Assembly: GCF_009914755.1 (NCBI RefSeq)
Contig: NC_060925.1
Reading direction: 5' to 3' (one strand)
DNA length: 64,000 nt
Source: the human T2T-CHM13v2.0 reference genome, Homo sapiens
Position numbers and translations under genes: made by a program
Notes under the pieces: model-generated
The model's database searches: none
The model's input: the letters and a program-made list of their open reading frames with translations, nothing else
What the model was told of the DNA's origin: nothing
Shown: one piece after another, positions 1-12,454 of the stretch
Numbering within the stretch: position 1 is the first letter of the stretch
How the letters are laid out: the number at the start of each line of letters is the position of its first letter

Positions 1-1109
1 AAAAAAAATTGTGTGAGTATATATTTATTTATACATATGTGTGTGCACGTATTTCTATACAGTTTTTTAAATATCAGAATAACATTGCTTATCACCTATT
101 CAAGATACAATAAGGCTTAGTATTTTTCATTAGTTTACTTGGGAAAGTATCCATATCCTTCATTATTTTTCTGCCTACTATATTGGTCAAGTAGCTGTGC
201 TATGTTAGTTGAGAATTAATATGGACTTATATTAGAAAAAGAATACCTAAAAATTTGGCAGCTGGCTGACTACCAGTCAATGAGAACCCATCTAAAATAT
301 AAATATATTTTTAAAGTAGCTGTTGAACTTTTTGACTTGTAACAAATGTCTGACTATAAACTCTAGCTCAAAAATAAATTCCCAGATTTTAGTAGGCTTT
401 TTAGCTATAGAAAAACTATATGACAGAATTTTTTAATTAGTGAGTCAATTAGACATTGATTAGAACACTGTAGCACCCATGCAAGTTTTATTATCACCAT
501 TCAGGCTTAGCAAGCTTGTATGCTCCTTACATTTTGCAGCAGTTCTCTTTGGTTTAATATTTGGAATTAATTTCTGAAATAGCTTAGACAGGCTGAGCAT
601 TCAGCCTGTCGTTTTTCTAAATCTGATAGGATGGAATAATAAGTAGCTGAAATATTCTAGAGCTATATTACAGGCTTCAGTGATCACAAGGGTCTATGAT
701 TCATTCTCAAAGCAAAGTTTCTTTTCTAATATGTCTGATGTATTGGTTTTTATTGGCAATTTTCATATCTGAGTTGGTGACCCTGCCATTTGTCTTTATT
801 GTTATTATTCTCTCTTTGTGGCAATGATAAGAAAACTGGTTCAGGCCCTGTGGTTGTTTATGTCTGCAGTCAGTTATTCTTGAGGCTGCTCTCCTCTGCT
901 GGGTTCCTTTCTTGCAATCTTTTTTTTTTCTTTCTTTCTTTTGTGTGGATACCTGATTTCTGAGCAGATGCTCTTTTTAATCTCATCTCATGTTAATTTT
1001 AAATACTTATGTATCAAATGTTTCCAGTCAGTAAATCAGGAATCAGTTTCTGTGTTACATTCATGGCACTCATTAAATTGTGATCTCATGATTAACATGC
1101 TTGTCTCCT

Positions 1110-1215
1110 TTAAGGGATTGTTAGCCAAGAATTGTGTTTTTGTCATCTCTAGAACCAGAGTCTAAGCACAGAACTGAACACACTCTAAACACTCAGGAGC
1201 TTTTGATTGAAGGAG
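1110..1215 (+). mobile_element. L2 3'-end fragment
   Basis: tgtgtttttgtcatctctag...tctaagcacagaactgaacacac...ttgattgaagg resembles the L2 terminal motif; highly diverged. Confidence 0.4.
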
Positions 1216-2044
1216 TAAACAATAACAGAACACCAGTGCAGAACTGGAAACTTAATGGGTGGGAAGTAAATAAATTAAAGGAAACAAATAATGAATTGGC
1301 ACTTACATATTGTTGGTTTGGAAAAATCCATAGAAAAGATAAATATTGTTTTGGGTTATTGAAGTTGCCTGCTTATTATCTGTATTCTTAAATGGATGTT
1401 CCATTATGAACACATAGAACAATTACAGTCAGCAAAGGTTAGCCTTCCTTTCTTTTTAGTACTTCAAGAATGTCTATCCACATACATGTTCGACCTAGCA
1501 TTTTATGCTCTTTCCCATGGTTCTTTCTATTCTTCTGACTCTGTACTCAACTCTATACCTTATTCAAGCCTATATCCTTCTTTTAGTGATTATTTTAATA
1601 TCTTTTTTCAGCTTCCTGAATTTGCTTCTCATTCTACTCCCACCCTATTCTAGCTTATCTTACATTTTCTTCCCATTCTTTTGGTTTCAGTAAATGTGCA
1701 ACTCATTTGTAAATTTGGGGAGATATCTCTGAAGACGGTATGTAATTAAATTATGCTATTATAGCTTGGGGCCTAGATTCCTGTGAAATAAACTCAGTAT
1801 GTGGATCTTTTCCAGAACCCCAGTATATGTGATCTATGTTAATTAGCTGTGTTCAGCCTCCCATATTTTGTGCCAATCCTATAAAATCTAAGTTTTCGGG
1901 GTTACAGGAAGGATCAAAAAAGATGATGAATATAGAAACATATTTTCAGTCAAATCTCATCAGTTTACGTATACATTTTGTAACAACTAATGAAAAAGAT
2001 CTTACATGACTTCCTAGACAGAGATGAATACTTATGAGGATGAG

Positions 2045-2240
2045 TGTTAAAGTCAGAGTGCCTGCGAGCATCTCTCAGCTATGCTTTTTGCTTGCTGGCC
2101 CGGAGTCTAAGTAAGGTGTTTAAGTTCTCTATATCTCAGTTGCTTCATAGAATTATGGGATCAAATATGTAAACACATGTAAATTTCTTTGCTACTACAC
2201 AGCAAGTACTCGGTTAAATGTGAGCATTTACCATTACTAT
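2045..2240 (+). mobile_element. MIR SINE fragment
   Basis: aagttctctatatctcagttgcttcat...aacacatgtaaa...cacagcaagtactcggttaaatgtgagc follows the MIR core and 3' end. Confidence 0.55.
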
Positions 2241-2959
2241 TTTTCTTTTTATTGTTACAAAATATTATTGATATATTCATTTTCTATTCTCTTTGTGCTT
2301 AAGCAAATTTTGTAGCCAACTGTAATCACACTTGCAAGATATACTTCTATCTCCAAAAGAAAAATCCTAAGCTACAACTTAACAATTGTGCTCTCATATT
2401 CTTGGATGAATATTAATGTTTTTAAAATGAGAGGTCTTCAAAAGCAATCAGAGATATCCAGTGATTAATGGAGGTTGCCTTCTTTTCCAAACTGCTTTGA
2501 AAATTCACCTGTTGAAACCTGTTTTTCTGTTCTGTGGCCATAATCAGAACTTTTAGCAGCTCTAAAATACTCTGTTTTACTTTATCTCTACTTTCTCCTA
2601 ATATAGCTCAATCCTATACCATCATAACTGACAGCTCCACAACAGTGGTAGAGCCCATTCATTCCAAGGAGGACTCAGATGCTAGTGATCTTCATCCTGT
2701 CTTCCACTTGTGAGGATGAAAACTGGAGTCTGCTGAGTCTGCTTTCTAGATATGAGTAGACCGAATGAAGACATCCTGGCACTGGTGAATTTTATTTCTT
2801 TATTTTCATCTTCTTTTCAGCACCCATTCCATTCTTTCCCATGCTGTATCAGCTTTGATTAGGGTGATATTAGTTTCACTTCTGTCACAAAAGGTAGGCT
2901 CCCTGTTGTTTAAATCAATAAGGGCTATCCTATCTCTCTTTCCACAATATTTCACGTAG

Positions 2960-3308
2960 CTTAAGTCTTGACCAGTCATAACATGACACTCCCCTGAACA
3001 CAGGGACCTGTTCACAGTGTTTCAATTAGTAGGAAAGTCAGATATTTATTTGATGTCCTCTGTGCTGCTGGATGGGAATGTACCATGTTGCCCAACTGCT
3101 GGCAGCCATATTAGCACTTACAGGGAAGCCAGATGTAGCGTGAAGCCAGATTTTTGTATGGCACAACAGAGAGTCTGAAAGAAATTGAGTCCTTGATGAC
3201 ATTACTGAACCACTGTAACTTCAAGTTACAGGAGCCAATGATTCCCCTTTATTGTTTAAGCCACTTGGAATAGAGGTGTACTTTATAATCCAAGCAATCA
3301 AACTGATG
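2960..3308 (+). mobile_element. old MLT1-family (ERVL-MaLR) LTR fragment
   Basis: gctgctggcagccata...gagtccttgatgacatt...ccctttattgtttaagccactt...aactgat matches the MLT1 3' half. Confidence 0.55.
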
Positions 3309-3744
3309 TGCTTTCATTGAGTGATTTGTGAATAAACTCTTCACTCAAGATCACAGCACAGTCACTGTCCTTTAAATTAAAAAACTAAATAACTGTGGAA
3401 TCCCCCCTATGGAAAATATTCTCATACCTGAGAATGTAGAAGTTATTTTACTAAGGTAAAAGCTAACTGGCACAATTTAGCTTAGGCAGCTGGCCAATGA
3501 TTGTACAGAATATTCCTTGATTGAGGTCCAGAGATGTCCAGTGGCAGGCCCAAACTGCTCTGAGATTAGCGAGGCATAGTACATCAAGACAACCTTGTGG
3601 TATACAACCAGTCAGGTAAGTTTCCTCCAAACACAAAGGCTTTGCAACTCCACCACATTCACAGGACTCAAGTTTGTTTCAGAGACCTAAATCTGGTTCC
3701 CAAGGACTTTTTGTGTCACATAAAAGCCAGAGATAGTAAAATAT

Positions 3745-4235
3745 CTGTGCTCAAGGCCCTCTGCTGGCTTCCTATTATGCTCAAAGAAAGCAATAGATTC
3801 TTGCAAGTGATGGAAATGTTACCCAATCTGATCCTCACTTATACCTGTAAATTCATTTCCTAGCACTCTCTCCTTCATTTAGGTCTAGTCTCAATGGCCA
3901 CCTCACTTTCCTACCAACATGCCATATGTATTCCTGCCACATACCCTTTTGTACTGGCTACTCCTCTGTCTTAGAAGGCCCTTCCTGCCAATATCTGCAT
4001 GGCTCTCTTAACTTTCTTCTAAGAACATTTTCACAGTGAATCTTTCATTGCATGATTTTTCAAAAGTATCAAATGCTTCTTTTATGATGTTCTTTGCTCC
4101 CCCACCATACCTACACAACCTTCCTTATCCATGCTTCTGATTTATTTTCTTCTTAGTCTTTAGCACCTAACATAGAAGTTTTAAAATTAATTATCTTGTT
4201 TACTATCTATTTCCCCATTAAAGTGTGATTTTCAT
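3745..4235 (+). mobile_element. L2 fragment
   Basis: ctcaaggccctctgctggcttcctatt...ttcctgccacataccctttgtactggctactcctctgtc...ctgcatggctc is typical of the L2 3' region. Confidence 0.55.
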
Positions 4236-4254
4236 ATGCACAAAGGAATAATTG

Positions 4255-4893
4255 GTATTGGAGTTACCCTACCTTACTCACAATTATAAAACTGAAGAAT
4301 ATATTTATGAACAATGAGCTTCAGGCATTGGATACGGGGCAGCACAGGATTGTGAAAGAAAGCAAACATAGAAAGGAAGTGTGTAGTATTTTCCTCACTT
4401 TTTTTTTTTTTTCTGCAGGGCCTTTTCCTGAACAGTCCAGGAGGTAGGAGCCCTCAAATGAATAGAGGAGTTAGGGAATGCTGAGGTAGCTGAGAATGCA
4501 GGGCACAGTCCTAGAGAAAAGAGAGCCATGTATAACAGATAAAGAAGCCAGAAAAATAAAAAGAAAGTATGAATCATTATGTACAATGGCACAACTATAA
4601 GAATTGATGGCTGAATTTTTTAACAGATACAGTAGAAATCAGAAGACAAGAAAACCTCATCATTAAATGGCAAAAAAAATTAAAAGTCAGCCAAAAATTC
4701 TGTATCCCATGAAGATGTCCTTCATTAATGAGGTTCAAGTAATAATATTTCAATTAAAGAAACCAACAGATAAAGAATGTACATTTTGTATATGTATTGT
4801 CTTACATAAAATCAAAACTGAGATAGTTTATATGTTTAGCCTCAATATATAACACTCAGTAAGTCTCAATATATTTCAAAATAAATGTTTAAA
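4255..4893 (+). mobile_element. ancient L1M, piece 1 (5' region, ORF1 and ORF2 scraps); host of later insertions
   Basis: ttcaggcattggatac...cagcacaggattgtg (L1M 5' region); aaaattctgtatcccatgaagatgtccttc (ORF1); ends in ORF2 endonuclease-region sequence that resumes at 6199. Confidence 0.6.
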
Positions 4894-4896
4894 GTT

Positions 4897-5688
4897 TTGT
4901 TTTAAATTGACATGATAATTGCATATATTTATGGGGTACAGTGTGATGCTTTGATACCTATTGTAATAATCAAATCAGGGAAGTTAGCATATTCATCACC
5001 TCAAACACATGTCCTTTCTTTGTGGTGAGGACGTGCCAAATCCTCGCTTTCAGCCATTTGGCAATATATGATACATTATTGTTAACTGCCGTCATCCTGC
5101 TGTGCAATAGAACAAGAACTTATTTCTCCTATCTTACTATAACTGTATGCCTGTTGACTAACCCGTCCCTTTAACAGTCCTTTCTCCCTCACCTCCCCTG
5201 CCTGTAGCAATTACTATTCTCCTTCTAAAAATCAATTTTTTAAAAATTTCCAGTAGGAGTGAGATCATGCAGTATTTGTCCTTCTGTGCTTGGCTTAATT
5301 CACTTAACATTGTCTATAAGTTTCATCCATGTTGTCACAAATGACAGGTTTTCATTTCTTTTTATGGCTGAATAGTATTCCATTGTGTATATGTGCCACA
5401 TTTTAAAAATCCATTCATCTATTGATGAACACTTAGGTGTTGATTCCATGTCTAAGCTGTTGTGAATAGCGCTGCAGTAAACCTGAGAGTGGAGATATTT
5501 CTTTGGCATATTGATTTTATTTTCTTTGATATATACCCAGTAGTAGTATTGTTGGATCATATGGTAGTCCCATGTTATTTTACTTTTTAAAGGAACTTCC
5601 CTACTGTTATCCATAATGGCTGTACTAATTTACATTCCTGCCAGCAATGTATAAGATTTCCCCTTTCTTCACATCCTCATCAGCATTT
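4897..5688 (-). mobile_element. L1MA (about L1MA7-9) 3' end, non-inverted part
   Basis: atttatggggtacagtgtgatg...aatcaaatcagg...atcacctcaaac is the reverse-complemented L1MA 3'UTR; ORF 5300..5614 carries ORF2 C-terminal text (WHIYTMEYYSAIK). Confidence 0.85.
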
Positions 5689-6161
5689 CAATGGATTAAA
5701 GACTTAAATGTAAGACTCAAAATATTAAAACTATTAGAAGAAAATGTAGGGTGAATGCTTCATGACATTGATTTGGGCAAAGATTTTTTGAATAAGACCT
5801 CAAAAACACAATCAAAGTAAAAATAGACAAGTGAGATTACATCAAACGAAAAAGCTTCTGCAGAGCAAAGAAAACAATCAACAGAGCGAAGAGACTACCT
5901 ACAAAATGAAAGAAAATATGCACAAACTGAATCTGACAATGCGTTAGTATTCAGAATATGTAAGGAACTCAAAAAAATCAATAGCCAAACAACAGATATT
6001 TGATTTAAAAATGAGCAAAATATATGATTAGACATTTCTCAAAAGAAGACATACAAATGGCTAATATGTGCATGAAAAATACTCAACATCCCGAATCATT
6101 GTGGAAATGCAAATCAAAACCACAGCGAGTTACCACCTCACCTCATTTGGAATAGCTATTA

Positions 6162-6197
<36 letters not shown>

Positions 6198-6198
6198 A
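5689..6198 (+). mobile_element. inverted 5' segment of the same L1MA (ORF2 C-terminal region)
   Basis: aatggattaaagacttaaatgtaagac...gaaatgcaaatcaaaaccac...gaatagctatta in sense orientation, abutting the antisense piece at 5688/5689. Confidence 0.8.
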
Positions 6199-6298
6199 AC
6201 GTTATAGAATATGTTTTGAGCACCATGGAATTAATTAAAAATCAAGTAATTGAGATATCTAGAAAATCCCCAAATATCTGGAAATTTAAAAAATACAT
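6199..6298 (+). mobile_element. ancient L1M, piece 2 (ORF2)
   Basis: atggaattaa...gatatctagaaaatccccaaatatctggaaatt continues piece 1 and continues again at 11315. Confidence 0.65.
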
Positions 6299-6302
6299 TT
6301 TT

Positions 6303-9300
6303 TTGTTTTTTGTTTTTGTTTTTGTTTTTGTTTTTAAATTTTTATTTAGGTTTGGGGGTACATGTGAACGTTTGTTATATAGTAAACTCATGTCACAGGG
6401 GTTTGTTGTACAGAGATTATTTGATCACCCAGGTATTAAGCCTAGTATCCAATAGTTATTTTTTCTGCTCCCCTTCCTCCTCGCAAGTAGATCCCAGTGT
6501 CTGTTATTTCCTTCTCTGTGTTGATGAGTTATCATCCTTTAGCACCCACTTATAAGAGAGAACATGTGGTATTTGGTTTTCAGTTTCTGTATTAGTTTGC
6601 TAAGGAAAATAGCCTCCATCTCCATCCATGTTTCCACGAAAGACATGATCTTTTTTTTTTTTTTTTATGGCTGCGTAGCATTTCATAGTGAATACATACC
6701 ACATTTTCTTCATTCACTCTACTATTGATAGGGATTTACGTTGATTCCATGTCTTGCTATTGTTACTCATGCTGCAGCAAACATTCGTGTGTTTGTCTTT
6801 ATGGTAGAATTATTTATATTCTTCTGAGTATATACCCAGTAATGGGATTGCTGGGTGAAATGGTAGTTCTGCTTTTAGGTCTTTAAGGAATAATCATACT
6901 GCTTTCTACAATGGTTGAACTAATTTACACTCTCACCAACAGTGAGAGTGAAAATGTTCCCTTTTCTCCAAAATCTTTCAGGTATCTGTTATTTTTTCAA
7001 TTTTTTAGTAATAGCCATTCTGAGTGGTATGAGATGGTATATCATTGTGGTTTTGATTTGCATTTCTCTAATCATCAGTGATATTGAGCTTTTTTTCCAT
7101 ATGCTTGTTGGCTGCATGTATGTCTTCTTTTGAGAAGTGTCTGTGCATGTACTTTGCCCACTTTTTAATGGGGTTGTTTGTTTTTCTCTTGTAAATTTGT
7201 TTTGGTTCCTTATAGATGTTGAATATTAGACCTTTTTTAGGTATTTGCAAAAATTTTATCCCATTCTGTAGGTTGTCTGTTTATTCTGTTGATAATTCCT
7301 TTTGCTGTGCAGAAGCTCTAATTAGAAGTTTAATTAGATCTCATTTGTCAATTTTTTTGCTTTTGTTGTGATTGCTTTTGGTATTTTTTGTCATAAAATC
7401 TTTGCCCGTTGCTATGTCCAGGAAGGTATTACCTTGGCTGTCTTTCAGGATTTTATAGTTTTGGGTTTTACATTTGAGTCTTTACACCATCTTGACTTGA
7501 TTTTTGTATATGGTGTAAGGAACAGGTCCAGCTTCAATCTTCAGCATATGGCTAGCCAATTATCCCAACAACATTTATTGAATTGGGAGTTTTCTCCCCA
7601 TTGCTTGTTTTTGTCAGCTCCGTCGAAGATCAGATGGTCATAGATACATGGTCCTATTTCTGCACTCTTTATTCTGTTCCATTGATCTAGGTGTCTGTTT
7701 TTGTACCAGTACTATGCTGTATTGGTTACTGTATCTCTGTAGTATAGCGTGAAGTCAGGTAGCATGATGCCTCCAGCTTTGTTCTTTTTGATTAGGAATG
7801 CTTTGGTTATTCTGGCTCTTTTTTGGTTCCATGTGAATTTTAAAATAGTTTATTTTATTTTTTATTATTTTATTTAGTTCTGTGAAGAATACCATTGGTA
7901 GTTTGATAGAGTCACACTGAATCTGTAAATTGCTTTAGTCAATATGGCCATTTTAATCATATTGATTCTATCCATGAGCATGGGATGTTTTTCCATTTGC
8001 TTGTGTCTTCCCTAATTTCTTTGAGCAGTATTTTGTAATTCTCACTGTAGAGATCTTTCACCTCCCTGGTTAACTGTATTCTATTTTATTCTTTTTGTGG
8101 CAATTGTAATGGGATTGTGTTGCTGATTTGGCTCTCAGCTTGGCTGTTGTTGATGTATACAAATTCTAATGATTTTCATACACTGATTTTTGTATCCTGA
8201 AACTTTGCTGAAGATTTTTATCAGCTGAAGGAACTTTTGAGGTTAAGACTATGGGGTTTTCTAGATATAGAATCATGTCTGCAAACAGAGATAGTTTGAC
8301 TTCCTTTCTATTTGGATGCCCTTTATTTTTTTTATTGCCTGATTGCTCTGGCTAGGACTTCCAATATTATGTTGAATAGGAGTAGTGAGAGAGGGCATCC
8401 TTGTCTTGTGCCAGTTTTCAAGGTGAATGTGTTCAGCTTTTGCCCATTCGGTAAGATGTTGGCTGTGGGTTTGTCATAGATGGATCTTATTATTTTGAGG
8501 TATGGTCCTTCAATACCTAGTTTATTGAGAGTTTTTAACATGAATTGGTTTTAAATTTGATCAGAAGTCTTTCCTGCATTTATTGAGAGAATCGTGTGGT
8601 TTTTGTCTTTAGTTTTGTTTATGTGATGAATCACATTTATTGATTTGCATATTTTTAATCAACCTTGCATCCTGGAGATGAAGCCTACTTAATTGTGGTA
8701 GATTAATTTTTTAGTGTTGCCGGATTCACTTATCAAGTAGTTTGTTGAAGATTTTTGAATCCATGTTCTTCAAGGATACTGGTGTGAAATTGTCTTTTCT
8801 TCTTATATCTCTGCCAGGTTTTGGTACCAGGATGATGCCAGCCTTGCGAAATGAATTGGGGAGGAATCTCTCCTCAATTTTTTGGAATAGTGTCTGTAGG
8901 AATGGTACCAGCTCTTCTTTGTACATCTCGTAGAATTAGCCTGTGAAGCCATCAGGTCCTGGGCTTGTTTTGGTTGGTAGGTTATTACTGATTCAATTTC
9001 AGAGCTCATTGTTGGTCTGTTCAGGGAATCAGTTCCCCCCTGGTTCAGTCTTGGGAGGTCATATGTGTCCAGGAATTTATCAATCTCTTATAGGTTTTCT
9101 AGTTTGTGTGCATAGAGGTAGGTGTTCATAGTAGTTTCTGATGGTTGTTTGTATTTCTGGGAGTTCAATGGTAACATCCCCTGCATCATTTCTAACTGTG
9201 TTTATTTGCATTTTCTCTCTATTCTTCATCATTCATCTGTTTAGCAGCCTATTTTATTTTTTTTTCAAAAAAAAAAAAACTTCTATATTTGTTGATCTTT

Positions 9301-11207
9301 TAAATGGTTTTTTAATGTCTCAATTTACTTCAGTTCAGCTCTGATTTGGGTTATTTTTTGTCTTCTGTTAGCTTTAGGCTTGATTTGTTCTTCTCTAATT
9401 CTTTCCATTGTGATGTTACGTTGTTAATGTGAGATCTTTCTAACTTTATGAAGCAGGTATTTAATGCTATGAATTTTCCTCTTAACGCTGCCTTAGCTCT
9501 GTGTCACAGAGATTCTGATATGCTATATCTTTGTTCTCATTAGTTTCAAAGAACCTCTTGATTTCTTCTTTAACTTCATTATTTACCCAAAAGTCATTCA
9601 AGAGTATGTTGTTTAATTTCCATGTAATCGCATGGTTTTGAGCAATGTTCTTAGCTTTGACTTTTATTTTTATTGTGCTGTGGTTTGAGAGTGTGTTTGG
9701 TATGATTTCAGGGCTTTTTTTTGCATTTGCTGAGGATAGTTTTATGTCCAATTATGTGACCAATTTTAAAGCATGTGCCATATGGCAATGAGAAGAATGT
9801 ATAGTCTGTTGGTTTGCAGTAGAAAGTTCTGTAGAGGTCTGCCCGATCCATTTGGTCCAATGTTGACTTCAGTTCCTGAATATCTTTATTTTCTGCCCCT
9901 ACTATCTGTCTAATACTGTCAGTGAAGTGTTGGAGTCTTGCACTATTATTGTGTGACAATCTGTGTCTCTTTGCAGGTTATCTAAGAACTTGTTTTATCA
10001 CTCTGGGTGCTCCTGTGTTGGGTGCATACATATTTAGGATAGTTAGGTCTTCTTGTTGAATTGAACCTTTTACCATTATGTAATGCCCTTGTTTGTCTTT
10101 TTTTTTTAATCTTTATTGGTTTAATATCTGTTTTGTCTGACATTAAGATTGCAATCCCTGTGTTTTTCTGTTTCCCATTTGCTTGGTAGATTTTCCTCCA
10201 TCCTTTTATTTTGAGCCTCTGGGTGTCATTACATGTGAGATGGGTCCCCTGAAGACACAATAACAAAAGTTCTTGATTTTTCATCCCGCTTGCCACGCTA
10301 TGCCTTTTAAGTTATGCTGGCTTGTTTGCACGGTTGCATTGTAGTGTCACTAGTATGTATAATTAACTGTGCTTTTGTATTAGCTGGTAGTGATCTTTCT
10401 ATATTTACTTCTTCTTTCAAGATCTCTTGTAAGGCAGGTCTGGTCATAACAAACTCTCTCAACATTTGCTGATCTGAAAAGAATCTTATTTCCCCTTTGC
10501 ATAGAAATCTTAGTTTGGTTGGATATGAAATTCTTTGTTGAAGATTTTTTTCTTTAAGAATGTTGAATATAGGTCCTCAATCTTTTCTGGCTTCCCGGGT
10601 TTCACCTGAGAGGTCCACTATTAGCCTGATGGGCTTCCCCTTGTAGGTGGCCTACCCTTTCTATCTGCCTTTCACTTTCTTTCATTTTGACTTTGGAATT
10701 TCTGATGATTATGTGTCTTACAAAGAATCTTCTTGTGTAGAATCTTGTAGGCGTTCTCTGCATTTCTTGAATTTGACTGTTGGCTTCTCTAGCAAGGTTT
10801 GATAAATTTTCATGGACAATATCCTATATCCTGGATTTCCTGTATTGATAACTGATATCATACACAAAACATTGAAATATGTTCTCCAAGTTGTTTGCTT
10901 TCTTCCCCTCCTTTTCAGCAATGCCAATGATTCACATAGATTTGGCCTCTTTACATAATCCCATATTTCTCAGAGGTTTTATTCATTCCTTATTATTAGT
11001 TTCCTTTATTTTTGTCTGACTGTCTTATTTCAGACTGCCATTATTCATGTTCTGAGATTATTTCCTTTGCTTGGTCTATTCTGCTGTTAATACTTGTGAT
11101 TACACTGTGAAATTCTTGCATTGTGTTATTCAGCTCTGTCAGATCTATTAGGTTCTTTTTTTTATACCGGCTATTTCATCCTTAAGCTCCTATATCATTT
11201 TATTGTG
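6303..11207 (-). mobile_element. L1PA (about L1PA12-14), ~4.9 kb, from within ORF1 to the (CAAAAA)n tail; defective
   Basis: Tail (TTTTTG)n at ~6300-6335; L1PA 3'UTR; ORF2 remnants ([43 protein letters not shown]); ORF1 remnant ~10400-11207; many stops and frameshifts. Confidence 0.93.
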
Positions 11208-11314
11208 AAAAATTTGAAATGTTTCATGAATTTGTATGCCATCATTTCACAGGGGTCATGCTAATGCTCTCTGTATCAGTGCAGTTTTAGTATATGTGCT
11301 GCCCCAGTGGGCAG
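11208..11314 (-). pseudogene. full-length U6 snRNA retropseudogene fused to the 5' end of the L1 (U6/L1 chimera)
   Basis: Gapless 107-nt match to reverse-complemented U6; about 23 mismatches by hand count, many at CpG. GGCAGCACATATACTAAAA, the ACAGAGA box and the terminal T5 are retained. Confidence 0.95.
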
Positions 11315-12415
11315 TAAACAACATACTTCTAAATAACTCCTGAGTCAAATAAGAATTCACAAGAGAAAATAGAAAACATTTCTAAAAACGGTAAAACAAA
11401 GTATCAAAATTTGTGTGATGTATCTAAAGCAGGGTTTAAAAAGAAATTCATAATTTCAAATCTATATAATTTAAAAATAAAAAGGTCAAAAATTAGTAAT
11501 CTACAATTCCATTTGAGAAGCTAAGAAAAAAAGGGGAAATTAAATACAAATTAAGTAGAAGAATGCATACATTAAGGATAAGATCAGAAATCAACAACAT
11601 AGAAAAAGTAGAGAGAAATAACAAAGCCTACAGTTGATTATGTAAAAAAATTAATAATGCTGACAAATCTTATCATCAGCAAGATTAAGACAAAAAAGAC
11701 AAAACACAAACTACCAATAACTAGAATAAAAAACAGAATATCACTAAAGTTCCTATGGATATAAAAAATGATAAAGAAATATAAATAACTCAATGCCAAT
11801 AGGTTTGACAATTATACAAAGGCGATTCTTTGGAAAATACAAATTAGTGAAACTGACAAAAAAAAACTACATGTGTAATCTATTAAAAAGGAATTAAATG
11901 TTATTAAAATATTTTCACAGGAAGACTAGAGATCCTGCTGATTTTGAGAAGACATTCTACTAAGCATTTTAGGATGCAAGAATATCAATTCAATAAAAAC
12001 TTCCAGATAATGGAGAAGCTAACACTTTTCTTCTGATTTTAAAAAGCTGAGATAATCATGATGCCAAAAGATCTCTCAAATTAAAGACTAATAGCCCAAA
12101 TGAAAAGATGTATAAATCTTATCACAAAATATTAACGAGTTGTAACCAGCAAAAAATAAATATGTATACATCATGACTCTGTGGGTTGATTCCTACTCAA
12201 ATCATGAATGCAATTCATCACATTAAAAATAGAAAAAAAAATCAACTTTTCTTGTAAACTTTTCAATTTATGCAAAATAATCATTTAACACAATTCAGTA
12301 TATAGAATAGGAATACTCAGCAAAATAGACAAAATGGGCATCTCTAATAAGAGGCATCTGAGAAAAACCTTGAGCTAGCACCATACTTAAATGGTCAAAC
12401 GTTAGACATTTTAAG
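11315..12415 (+). mobile_element. ancient L1M, piece 3 (ORF2)
   Basis: aaacaacatacttctaaataac...tatcaaaatttgtgtgatg...ctaaagcag...atcatttaacacaattcag is decayed ORF2, colinear with piece 2. Confidence 0.75.
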
Positions 12416-12454
12416 GAATAAAAAGTTCATCCATGATATTTTTTCTGATTTTTT

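Noticed and set aside
6163-6195. A33 as the poly(A) tail of a separate retrocopy
   Set aside because: It follows internal ORF2 sequence at a naturally A-rich position, with no 3'UTR or polyadenylation signal before it
6303-11207. Potentially active L1
   Set aside because: No 5'UTR, ORF1 truncated, ORF2 fragmented by many stops and frameshifts
11208-11314. Functional U6 gene
   Set aside because: About 22% diverged, and its upstream flank is L1M sequence with no evident PSE/TATA promoter
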